From an uncultured Deinococcaceae bacterium (lineage in GTDB: Bacteria > Deinococcota > Deinococci > Deinococcales > Deinococcaceae), in the NCBI GenBank assembly GCA_964252075.1, contig CAXULY010000010.1, forward strand, positions 32,001-96,000: DNA of 64,000 bases. The letters are read 5' to 3'. Positions 9,925 through 20,392 of this stretch are shown here, one piece after another. Made by a program: the position numbers and the translations under genes. A model generated the notes under the pieces. It made no database searches. It had not been told where the DNA came from and saw only the letters and a program-made list of their open reading frames with translations. How positions within the stretch are numbered: position 1 is the stretch's first letter; every line of letters begins with the position of its first letter.

Positions 9925-11079
9925 TTATGCGCGCCCGGCGGCCTCCGATGGGATCGCCGGGCGCGGTTGCGTGGCGCGCACCGCGAAGTTCACCAGCAGG
10001 CCCAGCAGCGCGAAGGCCGCCAGCGCGAGCGGCACGGCGCCCAGCCCGGAGCGCGCGAGCAGCAGCCCCACCAGCGGCGGCCCGAACGCCGCCCCGAAGC
10101 CGCTGCCCAGCAGGCCCAGGTTCACGAAGCGTTCCGGCACGCGCGTGACCAGCCACGCCACGCCCGCCATGTAGATGGGCGCCATGCTGAACCCCAGCAG
10201 CACGTACGCGGGCAGCCGCAGGGCAGGGATGGCACTGCACAGGGCGAACACCACGCACAGGCCCTGGCTGAGCGCCGCAAGCCGCCCGGGCGGGACGCGC
10301 TGCGCGAGGGGCGCGCTCACAATGCGGCCCAGCGTGAACGCCACCCAGAACACGCTGACCAGCGCCGTCGCGCGCGTGAGGCCGAAGGTGGGCGTGAGGT
10401 GGCGCGCCATCCAGCCGCTCGCACTCGTCTCCATCGCGACGTACAGGAACAGCAGCAGGTTGAAGAGTGCAATGGGCAGCCACGGGGCGCGCCCGGCGGG
10501 CGCCGCCTGCTCGGTCGCGTCCCCCAGGTCGCGCGGGAAGGCGCGCGCGAAGAGCGACACCAGCAGCAGCGCCACCCCGAGCAGGCCGTAGAGCAGCGTC
10601 ACGCCGCGCGGCGCGAGCCACGCCACCGCGAGGGGCGCCAGAATGGCGCCCACCCCGAACATGGCATTGGCGAGGTTGAGACCGGCGCGCGCGCCGATCC
10701 GCGCGAGGCTGAAGTTCCCCACAACCGTCACGAAGCCGTACCCGAGGCCCACCACGAAGGCGCCCAGGAGCACCATGGGCCAGTTCAGGCCCGCCGCCAT
10801 GAGCGCGAGGCCCAGCACCATCAAGAGCAGCGCGCCCAGCAGCGTGGCGCGCAGACCCACGCGGCGGATGAGGGGTCCGCTCAGCAGGACGCTCACGAAC
10901 ATCGCGATGAACGTCGCGGTGTACACGCGCGCGACATCCACCTCCGTGACGTGGAAGCGCGCCTCGAAGCCGGGGAAGGAGGGTCCGTAACTGGCCTGCA
11001 CCATGCCCATCAGCAGGAAGGTCACGCCGATCAGCCAGAACATGCTGCGCCCCGAGGGGTGCGCGGAGAGGCCCGTCAT
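9925..11079 (-). CDS. MFS transporter (FucP/TsgA-like)
   Basis: About 12 TM; LYVAMETSASGW and FWVAFTLGRI motifs; start approximate. Confidence 0.85.
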   Translation of the reverse strand: MTGLSAHPSGRSMFWLIGVTFLLMGMVQASYGPSFPGFEARFHVTEVDVARVYTATFIAMFVSVLLSGPLIRRVGLRATLLGALLLMVLGLALMAAGLNWPMVLLGAFVVGLGYGFVTVVGNFSLARIGARAGLNLANAMFGVGAILAPLAVAWLAPRGVTLLYGLLGVALLLVSLFARAFPRDLGDATEQAAPAGRAPWLPIALFNLLLFLYVAMETSASGWMARHLTPTFGLTRATALVSVFWVAFTLGRIVSAPLAQRVPPGRLAALSQGLCVVFALCSAIPALRLPAYVLLGFSMAPIYMAGVAWLVTRVPERFVNLGLLGSGFGAAFGPPLVGLLLARSGLGAVPLALAAFALLGLLVNFAVRATQPRPAIPSEAAGRA

Positions 11080-11203
11080 GCGGGAAGGAGGGTCCGGGTG
11101 GGTGGGGAGCGGCGAATCACCCACCGACTCTACACACCCGCGCGGCGCGCGAAGCGTGAGCGTACAGGCAGATGCCAGGCGCCCAACCGGGAACACTGCA
11201 CGC

Positions 11204-12085
11204 ATGACACAAGCAGCGAACGGTCGGCATGTGGTGGTCACCGGAGCGGCGGGGCGTGCGGGTCAGGCGGTCGTGCCGCACCTGCGTGCGCAGGGCTACG
11301 ACGTGACCGCCGTGGACCTCACGAAGTACACGGCGCCCGGTGGGGACCTGCCGGGCGCCCTGCGCGCGGCCCTGCAGGCGGACCTCACGAACCTCGGGGA
11401 GACCATGGAGGTGCTGGCGGGCGCGCACGCCGTGGTGCATCTCGCGAACATCCCCGCGCCGGGCCTCTTCGCGCCCACCCGGACCTTCACGGAGAACGTT
11501 GGCATGAATTACAACGTGTTCGCGGCGGCGCAAGCGCTTGGCCTCGCGCGCGTGGTGTGGGCGAGCAGCGAGACCACCTTGGGTCTGCCCTTCGACACCG
11601 CGCCGCGCTACGCACCCGTGGATGAGGCGCATTACCCGGTGCCGGAGAGCAGCTACGCGCTGAGCAAGGTCGTGACGGAAACCATGGCGGAGCAGTTCGC
11701 GCGGCACACTGGCGTGCCGTTCGTGGCGCTGCGCTTCTCGAACATCCTGGGGCCCGACGACTACCGCCGCTTCCCGGAACTCGCGTGGCCGGACGCGCAG
11801 GCCCGCAAGTGGAACCTGTGGGGCTACATCGACGAGCGGGACGTGGCGCTCTCGTGCCAGCGCGCGCTGGAGGCGGACGTGCAGGGCGCGCGCAGTTACA
11901 TCATCGCGGCGGCAGACACCGTCATGAACCGCCCCTCACGCGACCTGCTGGCGGAAATCTACCCGGGCGTACCCGTGCAGGGTGAGCTGGGGGAGTTCGA
12001 GACGCTGCTGAGCATCGCGCGGGCGCGCGCGGAGCTGGGCTTCGAGCCGCAGCACAGCTGGCGCGACACCGTCACGGAGTCATAA
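11204..12085 (+). CDS. NAD-dependent epimerase/dehydratase
   Basis: VVVTGAAGRAG Rossmann motif; YALSK. Confidence 0.92.
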   Translation: MTQAANGRHVVVTGAAGRAGQAVVPHLRAQGYDVTAVDLTKYTAPGGDLPGALRAALQADLTNLGETMEVLAGAHAVVHLANIPAPGLFAPTRTFTENVGMNYNVFAAAQALGLARVVWASSETTLGLPFDTAPRYAPVDEAHYPVPESSYALSKVVTETMAEQFARHTGVPFVALRFSNILGPDDYRRFPELAWPDAQARKWNLWGYIDERDVALSCQRALEADVQGARSYIIAAADTVMNRPSRDLLAEIYPGVPVQGELGEFETLLSIARARAELGFEPQHSWRDTVTES

Positions 12086-12146
12086 AAAAAGCCGCCCTCT
12101 CGGGCGGTGATAAGGAAAGGATAGCGCGGTATGCAGCCTGAGTCAA
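12081..12146 (-). repeat. 66-bp intergenic repeat, copy 2
   Basis: Minus strand TTGACT-N17-TATCCT, hairpin, T7; overlaps the epimerase stop codon. Confidence 0.85.
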
Positions 12147-12222
12147 CGCATGCAGGCGGATTCCTGTCCCCAGCGTGCGTGCTAGCCTCGGGCCAGCGGT
12201 TCGGCAGAACCGGGGAGCTACC

Positions 12223-13104
12223 GTGGCGATTCGCAGCGCAATCTTCAGCCTTCTGCTCGGTCTGGTGGTGCTGGCCCTCAAGGGCGGCGCCTGGCTGCTG
12301 ACCGGCAGCGTCGCGCTGTATTCCGACGCGCTGGAGAGCGTCATCAACGTGGTGGCGGCGGGGGTCGCCGTGACGGCCCTGTGGGTCGCGCGCCGCCCCG
12401 CGGACGACAACCACCCCTACGGGCACCAGAAGGCCGAGTACTTCAGCGCCGTGCTGGAGGGCGCGCTCATCATCTTCGCGTCCATCAACATCATCATCAC
12501 GGCGGTGCGGGACCTGCAGCGCCCCGCGCAGCTGGAGGGCCTCGGGGTGGGTTTGCTGGTGTCGGGCGCCGCGACGCTCATCAATCTGTTTTACGGCCTG
12601 TACCTGCTACGCGTCGGGCGGCGCCTGCGCTCCCCGGCGCTCACCGCGGACGGCAAGCACCTCATGAGTGACGTCGTGACGAGCGCGGGCGTGCTGGTCG
12701 GCGTGGGGCTCGTGGCGCTCACGGGCTGGCGGGCCCTCGACCCGATCTTCGCGATTCTGGTGGCGCTGAACATTCTGTGGGTCGGGTACCGCCTCGTGCA
12801 GAGCAGCCTGAACAGCCTGCTGGACGAGGCCGCGCCGCCGGACGTGCAGGCGGAGATCAAGCGCCTCGTGAGCCGCCACGCGGACGGCGCGCTGGAGGCG
12901 CACGACTTCCGCACGCGCCACGCGGGCAGCATCACCTTCATTGACTTTCACCTCGTGGTGCCGGGCGAGATGAGCGTGCAGGAGGCGCACGCCATCTGCG
13001 ACCGCCTGGAGTCCATCATCGAGGCGCAGATCCCGGAGAGCGAAGTGACCATTCACGTCGAGCCGGAAAGCAAAGCGAAGCACCACGGCATCGTGATCGT
13101 GTGA
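12223..13104 (+). CDS. cation diffusion facilitator transporter (FieF-like)
   Basis: SDALES, ADDNHPYGHQKAEY, HLMSD and IHVEP motifs. Confidence 0.93.
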   Translation: MAIRSAIFSLLLGLVVLALKGGAWLLTGSVALYSDALESVINVVAAGVAVTALWVARRPADDNHPYGHQKAEYFSAVLEGALIIFASINIIITAVRDLQRPAQLEGLGVGLLVSGAATLINLFYGLYLLRVGRRLRSPALTADGKHLMSDVVTSAGVLVGVGLVALTGWRALDPIFAILVALNILWVGYRLVQSSLNSLLDEAAPPDVQAEIKRLVSRHADGALEAHDFRTRHAGSITFIDFHLVVPGEMSVQEAHAICDRLESIIEAQIPESEVTIHVEPESKAKHHGIVIV

Positions 13105-13145
13105 CGCCGCAACCCCGCGCGCGCCCGGCGCGTACCTGAGGGCAC

Positions 13146-13643
13146 ATGACGCTCGCCTTCGTGGTGTTTCTGGTGGTCTGGCTGGTCGGCATGGTGGGCA
13201 CCTTCATTCCCGCGCTGCCCGCCACGCTCATCATTTTCCTCGGGACGGTCGCCGCGACCTTCATTGACGGCTTCTCGTGGTGGCCGGACCTGCCGTTCCT
13301 GCTGGGCGTGGGCCTCGTGACGCTCATGGTGGGGCTGGTGGACAACGTGGCGTCCGCGTGGGGCGCGCGCAAGTACGGCGGCAGCCGCCAGGCGGTGTGG
13401 GGCGCCTTGATCGGCGGGATCGTGGGCATTGTCCTGCCGTTCGGGCTGGTGGTGGGGCCGCTCGGGGGCGCGCTCGTCGCGGAACTGCTGGTGGTGCGCA
13501 AGCCTCTGCCGGAGGCGCTGCGCGCCGCGTGGGGTACCTTCCTGGGCCTGCTGGCGGGCGTCGCCGCGAAGTTCGTGCTGCACGGCCTGATCGGCGCGTT
13601 CGAGCTGTGGCGCCTGTGGAACCCGGAGCGCGCGCTGATCTGA
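13146..13643 (+). CDS. DUF456 family membrane protein
   Basis: [18 protein letters not shown] and GP..GA.VAEL motifs. Confidence 0.85.
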   Translation: MTLAFVVFLVVWLVGMVGTFIPALPATLIIFLGTVAATFIDGFSWWPDLPFLLGVGLVTLMVGLVDNVASAWGARKYGGSRQAVWGALIGGIVGIVLPFGLVVGPLGGALVAELLVVRKPLPEALRAAWGTFLGLLAGVAAKFVLHGLIGAFELWRLWNPERALI

Positions 13644-13652
13644 GCTCCAGGC

Positions 13653-14969
13653 CTACTTCCCCACGCAGAAGTTCGCGAACACCGCGTCCAGCACGTCGTC
13701 CGGCACGCTGCGCCCGGTGAGTTCCGCGAGGGCCGTGAGGGCCTCCTCCAGCTCGATGCCCGCGAGGTCGTCCGGGAGGACGCGGGCGGCCTGCACGTGC
13801 GCGAGCGCGCGCCGCGCGGCGTCCGCCTGCCGCTCGCTGCCCAGCCACACCTCGCTGTGCGCCGCGTCCCCCAGCAGGCGCTCCGCGAGGGCCGCGCGCA
13901 ACGCCGGGAGGCCCTCGCCCGTCACGGCGCTCACGTCCAGGCTCGCGGGGTCCCGCCACGCGGCGGGCAGGTCCACCTTGGTGCGCAGGCGCAGCGCGCG
14001 CTCGGGCGGCAGGTCGTGCGGCGGCGCCTCACGCGGGACGCTGCCGTCCTCCAGCACCAGCACGAGGTCCGCGGCGTCCGCGAGGCGCCGCGCCTGCACC
14101 ACGCCCGCCGCCTCGATGGTGTCCGCCGTGTCGCGCAGGCCCGCCGTATCGATCAGGGTGATGGGCAGGCCCAGCAACTCCAGCCCGGCCTCCAGGTAAT
14201 CGCGGGTGGTGCCGGGCGTGGCGGTCACGATGCTGCGCTCGTACCCCAGCAGGGCGTTCAGGAGGCTGCTCTTCCCCGCGTTCGGGCGACCGATGAGCGC
14301 GAGGCGCGCGCCCCGGCTCGCGAGGCGCCCCGCGCGGGACGTCGCGACGAGCGCCGCGAGGTCCGCCTCCGCCTCCCGCAGCGGCCCCTCGCGGTCCTCC
14401 TCCGGCACGCCCTCCTCCGGGTAGTCCAGCAGCGCGGAGAGCGCCGCCAGCACGCGCGTGAGGCGCGCCGCGATGCCCTCCACACGCCGCGTGAGCGCCC
14501 CCGCAAGGCCCAGGCTGCCCTGGCGGCGCGCGCTGTCCGTCTGCGCGTTCACGAGCGCCAGCACGGACTCCGCCTGCGCGAGGTCCAGCCGCCCCGCGAG
14601 GTACGCCCGCAGGGTGAACTCGCCGGGCCGCGCGACCCGCGCGCCCGCCGCGAGCGCCTCCGCGAGCAGGCGCTCCAGCACGGCGGGACTGCCATGCACC
14701 TGGAACTCCACGGCGTCCTCGCCCGTGTAGCTGTGCGGCGCGCGGTACACCAGGCACAGCCCGTCATCCAGCGTCTCACCCCGCGCGTCCACGAAGTACC
14801 CATGCAGGAAACGACCGCCAGGCGTGGCGCTCGGCGCGCGCCGCCCCCGGAAGAGCCCGTCCGCCACCCCCAGCGCGTCCGGCCCGCTCACCCGCACGAT
14901 GCCGATGGCGCCCGTGCCGGGCGCGCTCGCGACGGCGGCGATGGTGTCAGTCAGGCCCAGACGCGACAT
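13653..14969 (-). CDS. mnmE: tRNA modification GTPase MnmE
   Basis: [33 protein letters not shown]-terminal FCVGK. Confidence 0.97.
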   Translation of the reverse strand: MSRLGLTDTIAAVASAPGTGAIGIVRVSGPDALGVADGLFRGRRAPSATPGGRFLHGYFVDARGETLDDGLCLVYRAPHSYTGEDAVEFQVHGSPAVLERLLAEALAAGARVARPGEFTLRAYLAGRLDLAQAESVLALVNAQTDSARRQGSLGLAGALTRRVEGIAARLTRVLAALSALLDYPEEGVPEEDREGPLREAEADLAALVATSRAGRLASRGARLALIGRPNAGKSSLLNALLGYERSIVTATPGTTRDYLEAGLELLGLPITLIDTAGLRDTADTIEAAGVVQARRLADAADLVLVLEDGSVPREAPPHDLPPERALRLRTKVDLPAAWRDPASLDVSAVTGEGLPALRAALAERLLGDAAHSEVWLGSERQADAARRALAHVQAARVLPDDLAGIELEEALTALAELTGRSVPDDVLDAVFANFCVGK

Positions 14970-15044
14970 GGGGCACAGCATAGCGAGCGCACCCCGCCCA
15001 CGAAGGGGCAGGGCGCCACCTTCGCGGGCGGGGGATTCAGGCGC

Positions 15045-15623
<579 letters not shown>

Positions 15624-15863
15624 GGCAGCCTCCCAAAACGAAAAAATCCCCTCAAACACACGCTGGTGCCTGGGAGGAGGAACGGAGAGTACCCTGTTCA
15701 GGGCATGGGAAAAGTGTAGCAGGGACGCCGCGCTCAGAATGCGAATCTGCTCAGGATCGGCGTCCGGACCTTCATGGAACGCGGTGGGGCGCGGGCGCCT
15801 CCCGGCGGGAGCCAGCTGGGCGAGCCGCGGCCCTCAGCGCACCGCCGTTCTATGCTGCCGGGC

Positions 15864-16290
15864 ATGACCTTCCTCAAGCCCGCCCGCCTGCAGCCGGGCG
15901 ACACCGTGGCCGCCGTGAGCCTGTCCAGCGGCCTCGTGAGCGAGGTGCCCGGTCGGTTCGAGGTGGCGCGGCGGCAGGTGCGCGAGACCTTCGGGCTGGA
16001 GGTGCGTCCCGCCCCGAACGCCCTGCGCGGCCCGGAGTTCCTGGACCGGAACCCACAGGCGCGCGCGGACGACCTGCACTGGGCCCTCACGCAGACGGAC
16101 GTGCGCGGCATCCTGAGCGTCATCGGCGGGGACGACTCGGTGCGCCTGCTGCCGCACCTCGACCTCTCCCTCGTGCGCGCGCACCCGAAGGTGTTCATGG
16201 GGTTCTCGGACACCACCGTGACCCTGCTGCAGTTCCTGCGGGCGGGCGTCACGGCCTTCTACGGCCCGGCCCTCCTGAGCACCCTGTCGG
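15864..16290 (+). pseudogene. S66 LD-carboxypeptidase/MccF-like peptidase, 5' part, interrupted by the prophage
   Basis: KPARLQPGDTVAAVSLS, ARADDL, IGGDDS, KVFMGFSD, FYGP; similarity stops after YGPALL (~140 aa); ORF runs on into phage DNA to 16358. Confidence 0.88.
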
Positions 16291-16302
16291 TCATAGCACG
16301 CT

Positions 16303-17697
16303 TCATGTGGGGGGCGGGTCCAGCCGCACGGACAGTTCGCCTACGTCGTTCACGGTGACGGTGAGGCCGAGCGCGGCGCCCTGCTCCGGCATGGGGAGGG
16401 CGAGGGCGGAAGTCAGGCGCGCGCGGAGCGCCCTCAGGTCCGCGGCGGGCGGGGCGGGCGCCTTGCTGGTGAGGGCGAGCGCGGCGTCCCGCTGGCGTTG
16501 CAGGTCCTTCAACCGCGCGGCGAACACGTCGGGGGGGTACGCGCCCGCGAGGTACGCCTGCTCCAGCCGCTCCTCCCGCTGCGCCCAGTCCGCCTGAATG
16601 CGGGCCGTGTCGGGCGGTGGGGGCGTGGGGAGGCGCGCGGCGCGCGTGAGGGCCGCGTCATCCACGAGGAGGGCGCGCAGGGCGTCCTGCACGGGCGCGT
16701 GGATGAGCTCCGTGCGGTACGCTCGGGTGTTCGGGCAGTCCGCGCCGCGCCGCTCGTGCAGGGGCGTGAGCTGGCGGTTGCACAGGTAGTACGTGCGCTG
16801 CCCTCGCCGCACGCCGCTCATGGCCCGGCCGCACGCGCAACGGATGCGGCCGGTGAGGGGGAACACCTCGCGCCGCTCCGGGTTCGCGCGACTCCGCCCC
16901 TCCCGGGCGTCCAGCGCGCGCTGCGCGGCGTGCCAGAGCTCCGCACTCACGAGGGGCGGCACGGGGCACGAGGCGAGCACCCCACCGCCCAGGCGCCCAT
17001 ACTGGTACTCCCCGCGGTACGTGGGGTTGCGCAGGAGCTCGCGGAGTTTGTTGCTGATCCACGGGCGGCCCGTGCGGGTCTTCACGCCGAGCGCGTCGAG
17101 TTCCCGCGCGAGGGCGTGCGTGCCCACGTCCAGGGCGCGGGCGTAGATGTGCTGCACCCACGCGCGCTCCGTCTCGTCCACCTCGCCCTTGCGCCACCCG
17201 TACAGGTCCAGCGGCTTGAGGGGCTGCCCGTCCCGACCGCGCAGGGGGTTCCCGGCGACCTTCGCCACCTTCGCGTGCTGCAGGCGCTTCACGAGGCGCT
17301 GACGGTCATGCTGCGCGAACACGAGGTGCAGGCCCGTGGTGAGGCCCGTCAGTTCCCCGTCCGCGTCCATCTCGCCCTGCGTGGTGCTGTGCACCTTCAG
17401 CCCGGCGTCTCGGAGGCTGGCGAGCAGGCCGTACCCGGCGCGCACCTCGCGCGCGAGCCGGTCCGCGGCGTACACGATCACGTCCGTGTACCGCGCGGCG
17501 TCGGCCATCAGGCGCCCGAACTCCGGGCGGACCTCCCGCACGCCACTGATGACATCCGCGTACACCTGCGTGACGATCAGGTCATGCGCGTGCGCGTAGG
17601 CGCGGCAGGCGGTCTCCTGTGCCTGAAGGCCATAACTGCCTTCGGACGCCTGTTCTTGTGTGGAGACACGCACATAAATGGCGGCGATGCGGGTCAT
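16303..17697 (-). CDS. large serine recombinase (integrase)
   Basis: IYVRVSTQEQ catalytic Ser, DRLAR, LLRNPTYRG recombinase domain, C.CG...YYLC zinc ribbon, coiled coil. Confidence 0.95.
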   Translation of the reverse strand: MTRIAAIYVRVSTQEQASEGSYGLQAQETACRAYAHAHDLIVTQVYADVISGVREVRPEFGRLMADAARYTDVIVYAADRLAREVRAGYGLLASLRDAGLKVHSTTQGEMDADGELTGLTTGLHLVFAQHDRQRLVKRLQHAKVAKVAGNPLRGRDGQPLKPLDLYGWRKGEVDETERAWVQHIYARALDVGTHALARELDALGVKTRTGRPWISNKLRELLRNPTYRGEYQYGRLGGGVLASCPVPPLVSAELWHAAQRALDAREGRSRANPERREVFPLTGRIRCACGRAMSGVRRGQRTYYLCNRQLTPLHERRGADCPNTRAYRTELIHAPVQDALRALLVDDAALTRAARLPTPPPPDTARIQADWAQREERLEQAYLAGAYPPDVFAARLKDLQRQRDAALALTSKAPAPPAADLRALRARLTSALALPMPEQGAALGLTVTVNDVGELSVRLDPPPT

Positions 17698-17713
17698 GGA
17701 TGACACAGAATAA

Positions 17714-17758
17714 ACCCCCGGTTACGCCAACCGGGGGTACTTTGGGCGCCCAAAGTAC
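17714..17758. promoter_or_regulatory. two abutting inverted repeats upstream of the integrase
   Basis: ACCCCCGGTT-N5-AACCGGGGGT (17714-17738) and perfect palindrome GTACTTTGGGCGCCCAAAGTAC (17737-17758). Confidence 0.6.
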
Positions 17759-17763
17759 GGCAT

Positions 17764-18339
17764 TTACTGCAGCCTGTGATGACCATTCATATGAGGAGCG
17801 TCCACTGTTGCGATTGTCACTGCAAGGCGACGGATATAGGGAGACAGCTTGAATGCACCGTATATAACGGAGGCGAAAACAATCAGGGCAAGAGCCAGGC
17901 CAAGGTATCCTGCCGATCGCATCAGGAGCCCAAGGACGATGCTTCCCATGATGTTGACTACGACATAGACAGCGCTCGACAGCCAAAACAGGATCGTAGG
18001 AAACAGGTCTTGAACTGCCGCCTCAACCTTAGGGTCTGGTTTTGCTTGCCGGTCTTTCCTGCTGTCCCGGATGACGCGGTTTATAAAGTCCTGGTCACAG
18101 ATAAATCGGCTTGCCATGAAACGGTGGTAGCAGTAGGCCGATAGGCCCAGCAGCAACAACATGGCAATTTGTGAAGGCAGCGCATACGCCTTTAGGGCAT
18201 CTGCTCCAGCTAGCAGAGCAAACACAAATGCGTTCAGGATGACCGCAGCTGCCGTTATGAGGGCCGCGAAAATCCGAAGCTTGAATGCGCGCTTGTGAGG
18301 TCGCCTGACCTTACCGTTTCTTGGCGCGAGACTGAGCAT
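17764..18339 (-). CDS. accessory 4-TM membrane protein (low GC)
   Basis: Four hydrophobic segments; atypical codon usage. Confidence 0.65.
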   Translation of the reverse strand: MLSLAPRNGKVRRPHKRAFKLRIFAALITAAAVILNAFVFALLAGADALKAYALPSQIAMLLLLGLSAYCYHRFMASRFICDQDFINRVIRDSRKDRQAKPDPKVEAAVQDLFPTILFWLSSAVYVVVNIMGSIVLGLLMRSAGYLGLALALIVFASVIYGAFKLSPYIRRLAVTIATVDAPHMNGHHRLQ

Positions 18340-18673
18340 GCTTGGTGAACCTTTCGAAGTCGTCCTGAATGGAACTGAGGACCGAAAGCAGGTGCCGGAG
18401 GAGCCCTTTGACCATGTAGGCAAGGACGATGATCCCACCTACAACATATGACGCTATGTCTAACAACTGGATGACAAAAGTGTAGACCGGGTTGGGCTCA
18501 AGGTGAAGGTAGCTGTCAAGGAGGCCCAGAAGAAACGAGACGACCCGAACTGGAGCGACAAACAGGAGGAGCTGCAGCGCAGCCGACCAAGCGTCAGCCC
18601 AGAAAACTTTTACGTCTTGACCGGCTTCTTGAGACGGGTCTTTGGATGACTCTCCTCTACGCTTAGGGCTCAT
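18311..18673 (-). CDS. accessory 2-TM membrane protein (low GC)
   Basis: Two hydrophobic segments; overlaps the start of the downstream ORF. Confidence 0.6.
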   Translation of the reverse strand: MSPKRRGESSKDPSQEAGQDVKVFWADAWSAALQLLLFVAPVRVVSFLLGLLDSYLHLEPNPVYTFVIQLLDIASYVVGGIIVLAYMVKGLLRHLLSVLSSIQDDFERFTKHAQSRAKKR

Positions 18674-18799
18674 CCTAACGTTCCGCTTCCGGAGTGTCAC
18701 CCGCTTGCAACACGATTCCTATAGGCTTTCATTTCTGTACAGCTTTGTCATTAGGGCCATCGTCCCTCTCCCCCGTCAAATCTGACGCGCCCGCGTCAC

Positions 18800-19195
18800 T
18801 CAGTTTCCACCGAGCACCATGTAGTCTTCGCCGAGCGCGTGGAAGGTCTGGACCATCAACAGGTGCCCATTGTCCTTGATGTAGTAGAGGGCGATCACGG
18901 GCACCTCGCCGTCACTCAGCTTCTCCTGCTTCAGGTAGGTGTAACCCGCGCGAACGAGTGTGGCGGCCAGGGCCGTGGGGCTGGCGTACCGTGCGTCAAA
19001 GTGCCACATCTCAGCCCAGTGGAACGGTTCGCCGGGGTAGTTGGCGGAGTCAGCCCAGGTCTTCCAGAAGATGCCGCACTCGCGGGTGAAGCCGCTGGGT
19101 TTGGCGGTGGTGCCGTGCAGGAAGCGGCTGGGGGTGGGTGAGCAGGCGAGCGCGGGCGTGGCGAGCAGGAGCGCCAAGGCAATGAATTTCACCAT
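18800..19195 (-). CDS. secreted protein of the immunity operon
   Basis: Signal peptide MVKFIALALLLATPALAC (possible lipobox Cys). Confidence 0.7.
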   Translation of the reverse strand: MVKFIALALLLATPALACSPTPSRFLHGTTAKPSGFTRECGIFWKTWADSANYPGEPFHWAEMWHFDARYASPTALAATLVRAGYTYLKQEKLSDGEVPVIALYYIKDNGHLLMVQTFHALGEDYMVLGGN

Positions 19196-19244
19196 GGTTT
19201 CACCTTGCCACCTCGTTGCTTGACCGTCACGCAACTTTGCGGCC

Positions 19245-20042
19245 TCAAATGGTGCGGCCCCTCGGCTGGATGAAGTACACCCGGCCCACGACATCTGCCT
19301 CATCGGGCTTGATGGGTGCGAAGTCGGGGTTATCGCTGGTGAGGATGGGCTGTCCGAACAGGAAGCGCACGCGCTTCACGACCATGCCGTTTCCGTGCAC
19401 GTACACTACGAACACTTTGCCGTCGCGCAGGTCTTTGTCATGCACGTCCACATAGATGCGGTCGCCGGGCTTGAGGTCGTTGACGTCGCCGCCATCCATG
19501 CTGTGTCCGTCCACTTCGAGGACGACCATGCCGTCGCGGTGTTGATCTAGGGGCACGAGTTCCGTACCAAGGCTGCTGACCTCGTTGGGTTGGAATGGGA
19601 GTCCGGCTTGGGCGATGGCGCGGACGGGCATGCGGACGAACGACAGCCCGCCGTGCACCTCATCGCCCTGATGCTGACGGAGCTGGGCGCCGTTGGACAG
19701 CGCTCGGCTGATCTGTGACTCCTGCCAAGGCGTCGCCAGACCCGTTTCCCGCGTCCACACGTCAATGGGGATGTGGAGGGCCTGTCGCAACGCCTCGCGT
19801 GTGTCTGGGCTGACTTTGGCGAGGCTCCGTACGCCGTACTCAATCTTCGACAGGTAATCGGGCGTGATGGTGGCGCGCGGGTCCAGCTTGTAAATCTCGG
19901 AGATCACGTCGGGACGCTTCAAGCCCAGCCGCGTGCGGTACTCACGCAGCCATGTCCCGAGTTCCACAGCTCGGGCGTCCTTCTCGGGCGCCTTAGACAT
20001 GGACCAAACCGGGACTGGGGGCAGAAGAGCAGCGAGTGTCAT
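19245..20042 (-). CDS. CI-like repressor (XRE HTH + S24 autopeptidase)
   Basis: YLSKIEYG HTH; AQAG cleavage site; VDGHSM (Ser) and VVKRV (Lys) dyad. Confidence 0.92.
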   Translation of the reverse strand: MTLAALLPPVPVWSMSKAPEKDARAVELGTWLREYRTRLGLKRPDVISEIYKLDPRATITPDYLSKIEYGVRSLAKVSPDTREALRQALHIPIDVWTRETGLATPWQESQISRALSNGAQLRQHQGDEVHGGLSFVRMPVRAIAQAGLPFQPNEVSSLGTELVPLDQHRDGMVVLEVDGHSMDGGDVNDLKPGDRIYVDVHDKDLRDGKVFVVYVHGNGMVVKRVRFLFGQPILTSDNPDFAPIKPDEADVVGRVYFIQPRGRTI

Positions 20043-20135
20043 AGTGCCTCATTAGTAACACCCTACAAAAGTTATGTCAATCAGATGTCCAAACCGCGAC
20101 TGAGGCGGCATTGAGGCTAACTAGGTGTTCAATAC

Positions 20136-20165
20136 TTGACCCAGAGTTAGGACTAGCGCTAAAAT
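20136..20165 (+). promoter_or_regulatory. rightward early promoter (leaderless cro)
   Basis: TTGACC-N18-TAAAAT, 6 nt before ATG 20172; a leftward TTGACA is also present in the interval. Confidence 0.7.
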
Positions 20166-20171
20166 CGGTCC

Positions 20172-20387
20172 ATGCCAATGAAACCAGCGACGGCGGCCCG
20201 CATGGAAATGCAGCGCCGGAACATGTCTGCGCGGGACGTGGGCCAGCGGCTTGGCATATCCGCTGACACCGTGAATGGCTTCATTTACGAGCGTCGCCGC
20301 ACCCATCGGTTCGTCGTGGAGCGCATTTGCCGCGAGTTAGGGCTAGACCCGGACTCGGGCACAAAGACGCAGCAAGCGGCGAGTTGA
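20172..20387 (+). CDS. Cro-like HTH regulator
   Basis: MSARDVGQRLGISADTV HTH; divergent from CI. Confidence 0.85.
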   Translation: MPMKPATAARMEMQRRNMSARDVGQRLGISADTVNGFIYERRRTHRFVVERICRELGLDPDSGTKTQQAAS

Positions 20388-20392
20388 GGACC

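Noticed and set aside
17694..17710. TCATG-N7-CAGAA over the integrase start resembles a DdrO/RDRM box
   Set aside because: Mismatch in a conserved arm, single copy; CI already has an intact RecA-type autocleavage domain. Needs a PWM score
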